64,000 bases of DNA from an uncultured archaeon. Lineage in GTDB: Archaea; Asgardarchaeota; Thorarchaeia; Thorarchaeales; Thorarchaeaceae. Shown piece after piece: positions 8,097 through 17,881 of this stretch. The stretch lies in assembly GCA_964473825.1 (NCBI GenBank), contig CAYYQL010000002.1, forward strand, positions 192,001-256,000, in the 5' to 3' direction. The notes beneath the pieces were generated by a model. It searched no databases, was not told the origin of the DNA, and worked only from the letters and a program-made list of their open reading frames with translations. Positions within the stretch are counted from its first letter, which is position 1; every line of letters starts with the position of its first letter. Both the position numbers and the translations under genes were made by a program.

Positions 8097-9104
8097 TTAT
8101 GTCGCATATTCAAGTGGAATCATGTAGTCCGTGCTTCTTTCTCCAAGAACAAACTGACTGTACTCCTTACCACTATCTAGCTCGCTAACCAGTTCAACTG
8201 CTCCACTCACTTCAACAGTGCTACTCACACTAGCTTGTTCTGCAAATCTTCCTCGAAAACTCACAATTCTCTCAACTGCTGAACACGAATCGCAGTCAAC
8301 AAGATACATAGAGGGTGTGAATATAGAATCAGAGTTGTCTGTTATTCTGCAGATTTCACTTCGCAGTCCCAACTGCCTATAGATCCTGTCTTCATACTCA
8401 TAATCTAACTCCGATGGAAGTTTGACCAGCTTGATGTAGAACTCCCTATCTCTGAAGATCCCCTGCAGGTGCTTCTTCTCCTCGATTCTTCCTGAAACTG
8501 CTGAATTAGAACCTATTCCTCCCCAACGGAAATTCACATGTTCACACAGACGTCCTCCGCTGTATCTTTCAACGATTCCATCTCTGAAAAGGCCATCCAT
8601 TGTTGAATACACCTTTCTTGCAGCTTCAGAACCATAGACAACTATGTCGATATCTGACGAATCGATACTAAGACTCAGCAGTTGAGATCCCGTGATACCT
8701 ACCTCTTCCAACTCTATATCCGCCGATTCGACTATTCTGCTCACAAGTGCTAGCGAATCCGACTCCAAAGCAGTCATATGATGTCCAAGGTCCCTTAATT
8801 CTCCAAGTGCGTCGGTAGCTTCTAGTATGCAGGCGATATCTTTCCGATCTACAGCCTGTAATCTGCGTCCGTGGTTTTCATCATACCGTAGATACCTGGG
8901 AAATCTCTTCTCTAGATATTTCTCTCGTTCCCTTAGATCGTATATCTTCCGGTACCTCTTCCCAGAACGAGTCATTCGGTCTCCTCTTTCTGACGGTACA
9001 TATCTTAGATATGCAATCACTCTGTCTTTCGGATGCACTATCCCTTTTACCTCAAAAATGAGGTCCTCCCTTGTAACAAGAAAAGATCCCTCAACTAGTA
9101 GCAT
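8097..9104 (-). CDS. Archaeal predicted nucleotidyltransferase (COG1665-like)
   Basis: VKG..HP.DR.IAYLRYVP, and GITGS.L.......SDIDIVVYG (pol-beta NTase GS...DxD motif). Confidence 0.8.
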   Translation of the reverse strand: MLLVEGSFLVTREDLIFEVKGIVHPKDRVIAYLRYVPSERGDRMTRSGKRYRKIYDLREREKYLEKRFPRYLRYDENHGRRLQAVDRKDIACILEATDALGELRDLGHHMTALESDSLALVSRIVESADIELEEVGITGSQLLSLSIDSSDIDIVVYGSEAARKVYSTMDGLFRDGIVERYSGGRLCEHVNFRWGGIGSNSAVSGRIEEKKHLQGIFRDREFYIKLVKLPSELDYEYEDRIYRQLGLRSEICRITDNSDSIFTPSMYLVDCDSCSAVERIVSFRGRFAEQASVSSTVEVSGAVELVSELDSGKEYSQFVLGERSTDYMIPLEYAT

Positions 9105-9145
9105 AGTATCGCTGTCATCGATTCAGATTAAAAGGACTATGTCGT

Positions 9146-10369
9146 TTGTTCCAAACAATGAACCCAAAATTGAATGTTCGCTCTGATTTCCCAATTCTCA
9201 TGAAATACCCCGATCTAGTATATCTCGACTCGACCAGTACGTCTTTAGTCCCCCAAGTGACTATCGAAGCAACAGAGAGATTCATGAAACACACACTTGT
9301 ATCTTCTAGGCGTGGTGCCTATGGACTGGCAGTCGATGGTAGTAGAATGGTGGACGATACTCGGAGATCACTTGCACAAATCCTAAATACCAATGACTCT
9401 CAACTCTCTTTTCAGAAATCTATCGCATCGGCTTGTGCGTCATTTGCATACGGGTACGACTGGGAATCCTCGGGAAAGAACAAGGTCGTTGTTGCACAAA
9501 GCGAGGAACATAACATCTTCGTATCACTTCTGCGTGTTTGTCAAATACTAGACCTTGAGTTCGAAATGATACCTGTTGATAGCAGCGATGTCCTGAATCT
9601 TGATGAGCTGACGAATGCGATAGACGATAGAACCGGCATTGTAGCCATCAGTCATGTCACTACGGGTCTTGGAATCGTTAATCCTCTTCATGAAGCATCA
9701 GAGATTGCTAGAGAACACAATGCTCTTCTCCTGACAGATGCCTCTCGCTCCATCGGATTCACGGAATTCGACATAACAACCATCCCTGCAGATATCATCT
9801 TGTTCTCGGCGAATATCGGTCTACTTGCTCCTCCTGGTCTTGCACTTCAATGGCATGCCATCAATATCCTGGACGATTTCTTGCCCGGCATACTGGGTGG
9901 CTCGGCAGTCACAGAAGTCGGAAGAGAATCATTCCAGATATCTAGAATACCCTACAGATTCGAATCTGATACTCTGAATCTTCCTGCAATTGCAGGTCTC
10001 GGTTCTTCCATTCAATACTTGGAGAGAATAGGCGTTGACAATGTTGTCGAATCTAATCGAAGGCTCTCAACCAGAGTTTCAAGAGAGCTAACCGAAAAAG
10101 AGAATATCACTCTATATGGAGAAAATCATGATCAGAGAACAATCTTTGGCTTCAACATCTTTGACGGTGACGAGCTCAACTGTCATGATGCAGCTCTCCT
10201 TCTTGATCAGGCCGGTATTGCCGTAAGGACTGGATTTCTCTGTGCTCATCCATCAATTCAAACAATTGCATCAAATGGTTTGATACAGATTTCCACTCAT
10301 TTCTACAATACGATTGAAGACATCGATTATGTCGGAGAAACACTCTCTTCAATCAGCAGAATGCTTTGA
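9146..10369 (+). CDS. SufS/CsdA-like class V aminotransferase-fold protein lacking the PLP lysine
   Basis: VRSDFPIL, VYLDSTST, DASRS, RFESDT.N and AVRTGFLCAHP motifs. The SGHK motif reads SANI. Confidence 0.8.
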   Translation: MFQTMNPKLNVRSDFPILMKYPDLVYLDSTSTSLVPQVTIEATERFMKHTLVSSRRGAYGLAVDGSRMVDDTRRSLAQILNTNDSQLSFQKSIASACASFAYGYDWESSGKNKVVVAQSEEHNIFVSLLRVCQILDLEFEMIPVDSSDVLNLDELTNAIDDRTGIVAISHVTTGLGIVNPLHEASEIAREHNALLLTDASRSIGFTEFDITTIPADIILFSANIGLLAPPGLALQWHAINILDDFLPGILGGSAVTEVGRESFQISRIPYRFESDTLNLPAIAGLGSSIQYLERIGVDNVVESNRRLSTRVSRELTEKENITLYGENHDQRTIFGFNIFDGDELNCHDAALLLDQAGIAVRTGFLCAHPSIQTIASNGLIQISTHFYNTIEDIDYVGETLSSISRML

Positions 10370-10372
10370 CCA

Positions 10373-10669
10373 TCAAAAAGTGAACGTTGGGGGATACATC
10401 ACAAAGTACTGTACCACCAATGACAACAGGATTCCACTCAAGACCAGCCCCTTTCCCTTTTTACCGTTGATATCAGTAAACCAGAGTATTGCCCCGACAA
10501 GCACCACTATGAACCCTGATACCCTGCCGATAAAAATTAGAAAGTCCCATATCTCTCCAAAATAACCTGCAATGAGAGCTGCAAAGTCCGACAGTACACT
10601 TGCCACCCAAAATGACCGAATCATCATCATTCGATGATAAGTAAAGACAATCTGATTTAAGCCCCTCAC
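10373..10669 (-). CDS. Small two-helix membrane protein, VirB2/TrbC (CedA1/TedC-type) pilin-like
   Basis: Two hydrophobic segments (GFIVVLVGAILWF and GLVLSGILLSLVVQYF) are joined by a basic loop (NGKKGKG). The real start may be ATG at 10630. Confidence 0.5.
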   Translation of the reverse strand: MRGLNQIVFTYHRMMMIRSFWVASVLSDFAALIAGYFGEIWDFLIFIGRVSGFIVVLVGAILWFTDINGKKGKGLVLSGILLSLVVQYFVMYPPTFTF

Positions 10670-12489
10670 AAGACAGTAACAGATTTCGCAAGATTTCTCG
10701 GTCGATCCGGGTCATAACCCTTCTTTCTGGCCATGTAATAGCTGAATATCTGAAGGGGCACAACATATGGCATCACAGAGAATTGTGATGGTACCCCCGG
10801 AGGAATCTCGAACACATAATCCGCCAGTCCTGCAATCTCAGTGTCGCCTTTTTCGATAACCGCGATAATCTCTGCTCCCCTAGCCTTCATCTCCATGATA
10901 TTCCCAATCAATCTACTTCTAGTATCATCTTTTGGAGCAACAAAAACCACAGGAAATCCCTTTTCTACCAGTGCAATGGGTCCATGTTTTGATTCTCCTG
11001 CAGAATAGCCTTCTGCATGATTGTATGCTATCTCTTTCAGCTTCAATGCTCCTTCGAATGCAGTCGCTATGGAGATCCCTCGACCTAGGAACAGGAAACT
11101 AGGCTTCTGGTAGTATATGCCTGCGAGTCTCCTTGCCATTTCTTCGTTCCGAGTTATTACCTCCGACACAGTGTTCGGAAGTTCCTTCAAAAATTCTTCT
11201 AGCCTCTTTAGCGAGTCCTTATTCATCACCTGTCTAATTCTTGCAGTAGATAGAGAGATTTGAGCAAGCGCAGTCAACTGCACCATGAAAGTCTTGGTTG
11301 CTGCCACTCCTATTTCAGGTCCGGCTTGGGTTAGCACAGTATGATCTGCAATCCGAGTAATCGAACTACCTAAGACATTCGTTACTGCAACAACTCGTGC
11401 CCCATTGGACTTCGCATACTTCACGGCCGAAATGGTATCTGTGGTTTCACCTGACTGTGTTATTGCTATCACACAAGTATTATCAGATATCGATTCATAT
11501 ACCGTATCTTCAAAGTCGCTTGCAATCTCAAATGTAGACAAGACACCAGAAATTGACGCTAACATATGACGCCCCGCCATTGCAGCATGTCCCGATGTTC
11601 CCATGGCAAGCAGAAAGATGTGTTTGGCGTTTGCTATAATCTGGGCTGCCCCGTCAATCATTTCCCTTCCAATGTGCAGTGTACTTCTTATTGCATCAGG
11701 TTGTTCGTGAATCTCCTTGAGCATAAAATGAGGATATCCACCTTTCTGTGCCTGATCAGCAGTCCAACTTATCTCAATCGTATCTCGTTCAACAGTTTCT
11801 CCAGACTCCAACTCTCGTATCTCAACACCATCTGTTTCGAGTACGGCGATTTCACCATCTAGTAGTAGAATCATGTCTTTAGTCATGGGGAGGAACGCAG
11901 GAATGTCTGAAGACACATACGAGGCCCCTTCCTTTCGACCTATAACCAGAGGGTTCCCATTTCTTGTACATACTATCTTGTTGGGTTCCTTGACATGCAT
12001 CGCCACAATAGCATAAGTCCCCTCAATTCGCTTTGTAACTTCAACGAGTGCCTGTTCCAAGCCTATCCCCTGTCTTATGGCATCTTCAATCAGATGAGGT
12101 ATCACCTCGGTATCGGTTTCAGATTCAAATGAATGCCCCTTATCCCTCAGATGCTGCCTTAATTCTAGGAAGTTGTCTATGACTCCATTGTGTACAACTG
12201 CTATGTTCCCACTGCAATCGAAGTGTGGATGTGCATTAAATAAAGAAGGAATACCATGTGTGGCCCACCTAGTATGACCAATGCCGATTTCTCCAGGCAG
12301 ATTATCCAGATCAAGACGCTTGTGAACCTCGTCAATTTTGCCCTCATCCTTCTTCGTGTGCAGTTCTCCATCCGCAATAGTGGTTATGCCCACCGAATCA
12401 TAACCCCGATACTCGAGACGTTTCAGAGCTTGATGTAGAAAGGGAGCTACTTGACCGCGTTTTTGCACTACACCAATTATGCCACACAC
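10666..12489 (-). CDS. glmS: Glutamine--fructose-6-phosphate transaminase (isomerizing)
   Basis: MCGIIG, LEYRGYDS, GHTRWATHG, SQSGET-like and AATKT motifs, with C-terminal PRNLAKSVTV. Confidence 0.98.
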   Translation of the reverse strand: MCGIIGVVQKRGQVAPFLHQALKRLEYRGYDSVGITTIADGELHTKKDEGKIDEVHKRLDLDNLPGEIGIGHTRWATHGIPSLFNAHPHFDCSGNIAVVHNGVIDNFLELRQHLRDKGHSFESETDTEVIPHLIEDAIRQGIGLEQALVEVTKRIEGTYAIVAMHVKEPNKIVCTRNGNPLVIGRKEGASYVSSDIPAFLPMTKDMILLLDGEIAVLETDGVEIRELESGETVERDTIEISWTADQAQKGGYPHFMLKEIHEQPDAIRSTLHIGREMIDGAAQIIANAKHIFLLAMGTSGHAAMAGRHMLASISGVLSTFEIASDFEDTVYESISDNTCVIAITQSGETTDTISAVKYAKSNGARVVAVTNVLGSSITRIADHTVLTQAGPEIGVAATKTFMVQLTALAQISLSTARIRQVMNKDSLKRLEEFLKELPNTVSEVITRNEEMARRLAGIYYQKPSFLFLGRGISIATAFEGALKLKEIAYNHAEGYSAGESKHGPIALVEKGFPVVFVAPKDDTRSRLIGNIMEMKARGAEIIAVIEKGDTEIAGLADYVFEIPPGVPSQFSVMPYVVPLQIFSYYMARKKGYDPDRPRNLAKSVTVL

Positions 12490-12585
12490 TATCGAGCACC
12501 TCAGATTAACCGGACCTATTCACCATCTAATATACTCCAAGGCCCGAGTACAAAAGGAGTTTGCGATTAGTACTCTGTCCGTTTT

Positions 12586-12897
12586 CTAACCGGTAAGCTC
12601 GATTTCGATATATACCGAATCAGGAATTCTCACACGCATTATCTGGCGGATGGCCCTTTCGTCTGCGTCTATGTCTATCAGTCTCTTATGAATACGCATT
12701 TCCCACTTATCCCAAGACTGAGAGCCCTGTCCACAAGGAGTCTTTCTTGTTGGAACAACCATTCTACGAGTAGGTAATGGGATAGGACCTGCCATCCTAA
12801 CACCAGTCTTTCGAGTAATCCGTTTAATCTGATTACATACTCCGTCAAGATGCTCAGTGCTTGTACTCGACAGTCTGATTCTCGCCTTCTGAGTCAT
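12586..12897 (-). CDS. rps10: 30S ribosomal protein S10 (uS10)
   Basis: [37 protein letters not shown]. Confidence 0.98.
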   Translation of the reverse strand: MTQKARIRLSSTSTEHLDGVCNQIKRITRKTGVRMAGPIPLPTRRMVVPTRKTPCGQGSQSWDKWEMRIHKRLIDIDADERAIRQIMRVRIPDSVYIEIELTG

Positions 12898-13030
12898 ATG
12901 GTGTTTCTACTCCTTCGAATGGGTATCCACGGGGGTCAGAAGTGGTTTGGATAAAAAGGTTGTCTTATGTGTGAATGGAAGTAACTAAGGACAACAACTT
13001 CCATATAGGACGGGCCTTTCTATAGCGAAA

Positions 13031-13834
13031 GTGCCACTATTGAAAAACATCTCCATAGTCAAACTGGGTGGCTCGGCCATTACGTTCAAGAATCTTACAC
13101 CTCCGAAAACTAATGCTTCCTTACTCGAACGTGTGGCCAGAGAGCTTGCTTCATACAAAGGTACGTTAGTGATCGTTCTTGGTGGCGGCGCACATGGTCA
13201 TCAAGCGGCACACAGATTCGGGTATGGAAGCCCAGATGCATCAACCACAGACATTCTATCAGGCATTTCTCATATCAGACACAACATGTCTGTTCTTTCT
13301 CAAGAAGTGGAAACTCACATCAACAAATACGGTCTAAATGCAGTTGTACACCCGCCGTTTTGCAGCGTCTTGTTACGAAACGGAAGAATCAAAGAATATC
13401 CGCTCTATCATTATACGAAATCTATGGAGTCCGGCCTCACTGTTCTAACTCATGGCGACGTCTGTTTCGATATGCAAGAGGGTGCTTCTATCCTTAGTGG
13501 GGACACGATAGTGACTCATTTGACAAGAAACCTGAAACCCAAGAGCGTACTTATCGGAACGGACGTCGATGGAGTGTACAAAGGAGATCCCAAGACCAAT
13601 CCAGATGCACTCTTTGTTCCGGAGCTCGACAGCTCGAATTTAGATGAAATTGTTCGGTTTGCTGGCCCATCAGGAAGTACTGATGTCACTGGTGGTATGA
13701 AGAGAAAACTAGAAGGGCTGGTTGATGTTGCGAAGTACACTGAGAAGATTGCAATATTTAATTTGACAATATCGGGCCGTCTTCAGGCTCTACTTCAACA
13801 CAAACAGACACGATGCACCACAGTTATCGAATGA
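13031..13834 (+). CDS. ipk: Isopentenyl phosphate kinase (amino-acid kinase family)
   Basis: KLGGSAITFK, GGGAHGH, HGDV, ILSGD, TDVDGVY..DP and DVTGGMKRK motifs. Confidence 0.88.
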   Translation: MPLLKNISIVKLGGSAITFKNLTPPKTNASLLERVARELASYKGTLVIVLGGGAHGHQAAHRFGYGSPDASTTDILSGISHIRHNMSVLSQEVETHINKYGLNAVVHPPFCSVLLRNGRIKEYPLYHYTKSMESGLTVLTHGDVCFDMQEGASILSGDTIVTHLTRNLKPKSVLIGTDVDGVYKGDPKTNPDALFVPELDSSNLDEIVRFAGPSGSTDVTGGMKRKLEGLVDVAKYTEKIAIFNLTISGRLQALLQHKQTRCTTVIE

Positions 13835-13836
13835 AA

Positions 13837-16800
13837 CTAGTTTCGAATCGTGTTCAAACTCTTATCCAGTGTGACCAATTCCAAGTTCTTAGGATTGACA
13901 ATGCTCTCATCCATGTACTCTGCAGCCGAGAGAATACATACTATCTTCGTGGATTTGCATTTCCTACACGCAATGTCACCATGCATTCGTTGAAGGGTTG
14001 TCAACTGCTGCTGAGTTGGAAACAATACATAGGACGTATCTCCAGAACAAAGGTCATAAAACTCATGACCAACATGTATAGGATTAGACTTCGCTAGATG
14101 ATTTCTCAGAAACTCCAACGTTTCTTTTCGGAATCTCTCAAGTACCCGAGTATTGACAATCCAAAGCCCTTCTTCCATCTCAATCCATGTATCATTGGTT
14201 TCATTTCTTATTGCAGTCAGCATCTCATCAGCAAGTAATTCTGTCAAGGCCTGTTTTCCAATTTCTTTGCGAAGGGGAACCGACCTAGATTGAGAGCTTT
14301 GGAGAGAGGTAGTTTCAATGAAGTTGATAATATCATCCCACGAAACTAGACCACTCTTAAGTTCAACAAAGTCTTGCAGCAGTCCCAACCATATTCGTTT
14401 TTGCACACGATCTGTGGATCTTCGATGCAAACCATCGTACTTCTCTGCTGCACCTTTCTCAAAAACAGATTCCGATTTCTCTACGACGTCAAGATTCTCT
14501 CCTAATTCGGCAGGATTTCCTATTGGGCGTTCCAGAGTTTCTAGGAGTCCATCAAGAGAGCTTGGAAAGGCTGAAACGACACTGACATTCTCAAATCCAT
14601 TAATATCACTTATGAATTCTCTCAGTCTTGCCGCAGCAAGACTGCCCCTTACGACCACATGCATTGTCTGTACATTGTTGCCAAGACTAGTCATCTGCTG
14701 ACGGATAGTTTGCAGTATGCTATCAATAGACGACGACTTGAGATGCTGTGCAAAAATCAACACTGCTGTTTCATCCAACAGAATCCTGCACCCGGCTAGA
14801 CCAACATCTTCGACACTTAGGTTACTACTGGAATCCACTCTACTAATGATGTAGTCTTTAATCACCCTCTTAATCGACTCTAATCCTTTTCCCGGCAATG
14901 CAAAGATAAAACCACCGGGCATTAATGATATCGACTCTCGCTCTATTATGGACCTAGAGATTAGTGTTTGAACTAGACTTTCGGCTTCATCCTCGGTGAA
15001 ATCGGGTTTGACTTTGGCAATTAGCCTAGTCAAATCCTCCAGTATCACGGTTTTCTCTGACGCAAGGAAAGCCACGATATGACTAGTCACTTCTGAGATG
15101 CTTGACTCTAAGGTTTCTTCCTTTGACGGGAAATCTTCAGACTCGTTTATGCTTTCGTCTACAGCAATCACCTTAGAGTCAAAGATCCTGTCTTCATTAT
15201 CGAAAGATGTTGATGGCTGCAAAGTTGCTATTTCAAAGGTGCGACACTTGGGGATAGATATTAGAGCTCTACCCACTTCGAGACCGCGGAGATATTTTTC
15301 CTGTTCTTCATCAAGAGAAAGAAACCTAGCTCCTACTTCGCTGTCATAGGGCAGACGGAAAACCACTTTTGTTGCAGTATTGGCAAGAATGTTTGATGAA
15401 ATCGTCGGCCTCGTTGAAACAACAACTACACCTTGCCCCGTTGCTCTCTGAAGCAATACCATTGATTCCCCGGTTGTAACATCGGCAGCCGTATTCCTTG
15501 TGTAGCTCTCAGGTACAAGATTACTCGCTTCTTCCAAGACAACTACATGTTCTAGGTCCGAACTAAGCCCACGTTTCATTGCATTTTCAAAAATGCGTTT
15601 AGCTACCAGATTGTACAGTAATCTCGCTGCATCCATACCACCCACCCTTGCAACATACCTTAGGTCAAATATCACCCTGCTCTTCAGCAAATCCGAAATC
15701 CGAATCTTCTTTCCTTTATTGCCAAATACAGACTTCAGTGGCTCTCTCGTAAGGATTTCTAATCTATTGAGTAGCGCATCTCTAGTCATCTGACCCGAAC
15801 GATCGTTTCCGGCCAACTCCTCAATCTTCTCTACAAGGATGGAAACAGAATCCAGCTCACTCTTTATGCTCACTGTTTCAATGACTGCATCCCTGAGAAG
15901 CTTTTCCATCGCTGGAGACAAATCAGATGAGGTTCCTCTTTCTCTTAGAAGCTCACGCAGAATCACAAAGGTTGTATGAGCAGTTTCCTTCGAATCTGTT
16001 TCACTATCGATTAGCTCAATCACGAAGTTGGGATCAAGGCCAGGTCGCAACATCAATACCGGGGTATTCCCACAATTCGTAAGATCACTATATTCAGAGC
16101 CTTTTACATCAAATATCCACCAAGGCATTTCTGTCTTCTGACTCAATTGGGCTATCAACTGCCTCACAAGAGTTGTCTTGCCGGTTCCGGTTGCTCCTAG
16201 AACCGCCATGTGTTCCACCAACCAGTTCCTTCTGAGACCCACCGGGCTGAGGTTTCTTTCCTCATAGATGGCCCAGCCAAGCTTCAATTCATGATCTATC
16301 TTCTCTCGTGAAGGAATCTCAAATACGGGTGTATATGACTTAGAAATGACAGGCAATCTTTGAACAGGGAGATTGACGTAAGCAACTAAGTCATTTGTAT
16401 GTATGCGCTGTTTCTTGATGTGCCCTCTAGTTATCATTCGATAGAGTGTAGGGCGATCAATCTTGTGGCTCCCCATCTCAAAGCTTTCATCATTCCCCCA
16501 CAGCGATGCAACTATTCCATCCAAGCTATTCATTGTCGAACGAGATTCATCATCGGTCTCATATTGCACTTGAATGTAGACGGTGGAATCATACCAGCCT
16601 CCGTCACTCTGTATGTTTCTATACTGGCCTAACAGTTCTTGTTTTTCGGCTTGTTCTGCAAGCGAATCATCCTTTCTCTTCTCCTTTGTTCTAATCTTCC
16701 GCCATCTTGACTCCAACTTCTTTCTCTCTCTTCCAGGTCTTGCAGCAGAAAGGGTACAAACCAACAAAGCATTGGCCTTCTGTTTCAGAAGAGTTGACAT

Positions 16801-17550
16801 AAACCTACCAATCTGAGTTGCATTGGATTTTGGTGAACATCTTGGCCTGCCCTTTAATAGAAGAAGCACTTTTCCCACATTAGAAGACCAGCTCGCATCT
16901 CCACTCAAGTTACTCCTTGTTACAGCCTGTTCCAACTCGATGCCCTTTAATTGTCGAAGCTCGATCTTCTGCAACGAGGACATGATGATCGCTTCGCACC
17001 TTGTGGCTTCTCTTTGTAGAATTCTCTTCAGTGCATTCACAGAGTTAGCCGTTGTTGTAACGAACAGTCGAACAATCGGTTGGTTGTTTTCGATACCTGC
17101 CTCAAATGTGACTCTAACTTCGTCTTCCAAACCAGCTCGTATAGCTAATAACATCGATGTATCATATACTGCCTCCCCCTCTTCATCTCTTAGCGCCGAT
17201 ATCGAAGTGGAATCTATCTGAAGACAGCATGTTCCTACATGATGATCTCCCATTGATACAATAACCAAATCATCATCAGTTCCAACGACAACATCCTCTA
17301 AGGCTACTCGTATGGCCGTCCCCATAAGTACGGCCAATACTGGAATCGAACACAGCATCAACTCAACTGCAAGCTTGAAGGGATAACTAGGTGCATTGAC
17401 CATCCCAAGAATAGGAAGAAAGTAAAAGGCAATCGCATATACACTTGTCAATATGGCCCCTGCTGGCCAAACATATCTGACTAGCTTGTCGGCCGTTTGT
17501 CGAAGATGCTGATCTGCTTTCCCACTCGCGAACTCCACTATCCGATTCAC
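13837..17550 (-). CDS. Large membrane-anchored HerA/VirB4-like (FtsK-HerA superfamily) ATPase with extended C-terminal domains
   Basis: Two N-terminal hydrophobic helices, Walker A HMAVLGATGTGKTT, IFDVKGSEY, Walker B VVLEEA and RATGQGVVVVSTRP...ILANTATKVVF. Confidence 0.8.
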   Translation of the reverse strand: MNRIVEFASGKADQHLRQTADKLVRYVWPAGAILTSVYAIAFYFLPILGMVNAPSYPFKLAVELMLCSIPVLAVLMGTAIRVALEDVVVGTDDDLVIVSMGDHHVGTCCLQIDSTSISALRDEEGEAVYDTSMLLAIRAGLEDEVRVTFEAGIENNQPIVRLFVTTTANSVNALKRILQREATRCEAIIMSSLQKIELRQLKGIELEQAVTRSNLSGDASWSSNVGKVLLLLKGRPRCSPKSNATQIGRFMSTLLKQKANALLVCTLSAARPGRERKKLESRWRKIRTKEKRKDDSLAEQAEKQELLGQYRNIQSDGGWYDSTVYIQVQYETDDESRSTMNSLDGIVASLWGNDESFEMGSHKIDRPTLYRMITRGHIKKQRIHTNDLVAYVNLPVQRLPVISKSYTPVFEIPSREKIDHELKLGWAIYEERNLSPVGLRRNWLVEHMAVLGATGTGKTTLVRQLIAQLSQKTEMPWWIFDVKGSEYSDLTNCGNTPVLMLRPGLDPNFVIELIDSETDSKETAHTTFVILRELLRERGTSSDLSPAMEKLLRDAVIETVSIKSELDSVSILVEKIEELAGNDRSGQMTRDALLNRLEILTREPLKSVFGNKGKKIRISDLLKSRVIFDLRYVARVGGMDAARLLYNLVAKRIFENAMKRGLSSDLEHVVVLEEASNLVPESYTRNTAADVTTGESMVLLQRATGQGVVVVSTRPTISSNILANTATKVVFRLPYDSEVGARFLSLDEEQEKYLRGLEVGRALISIPKCRTFEIATLQPSTSFDNEDRIFDSKVIAVDESINESEDFPSKEETLESSISEVTSHIVAFLASEKTVILEDLTRLIAKVKPDFTEDEAESLVQTLISRSIIERESISLMPGGFIFALPGKGLESIKRVIKDYIISRVDSSSNLSVEDVGLAGCRILLDETAVLIFAQHLKSSSIDSILQTIRQQMTSLGNNVQTMHVVVRGSLAAARLREFISDINGFENVSVVSAFPSSLDGLLETLERPIGNPAELGENLDVVEKSESVFEKGAAEKYDGLHRRSTDRVQKRIWLGLLQDFVELKSGLVSWDDIINFIETTSLQSSQSRSVPLRKEIGKQALTELLADEMLTAIRNETNDTWIEMEEGLWIVNTRVLERFRKETLEFLRNHLAKSNPIHVGHEFYDLCSGDTSYVLFPTQQQLTTLQRMHGDIACRKCKSTKIVCILSAAEYMDESIVNPKNLELVTLDKSLNTIRN

Positions 17551-17881
17551 ATCCTTCTTAATTCAAGCCTATAGAAGCATACTCTCAACTCAGAGACTGA
17601 TTCAGTACGATTCAATATGAACACCCCCGAGAATTCCAGGAACCGGTTCATTGGAACTTCAGATTGCCAACCAACAGCAACCATCTGGAATGGAGAGACA
17701 CAGACCGCGCCTCTATTGAAGAGAAATTACCATATTATCCCAGAGGAACGAAAAGAGGGGGTTAAATTCTCTGCTCGTGAGAGATTTGTGAGAAAGCCGG
17801 CCAGTTCCCAGAAACAAGTCGGGATCATTTCCAGTTTCTGAAGGGGCACTCTATAGTCTGCTTACTCAAGACCAGCTGCAG

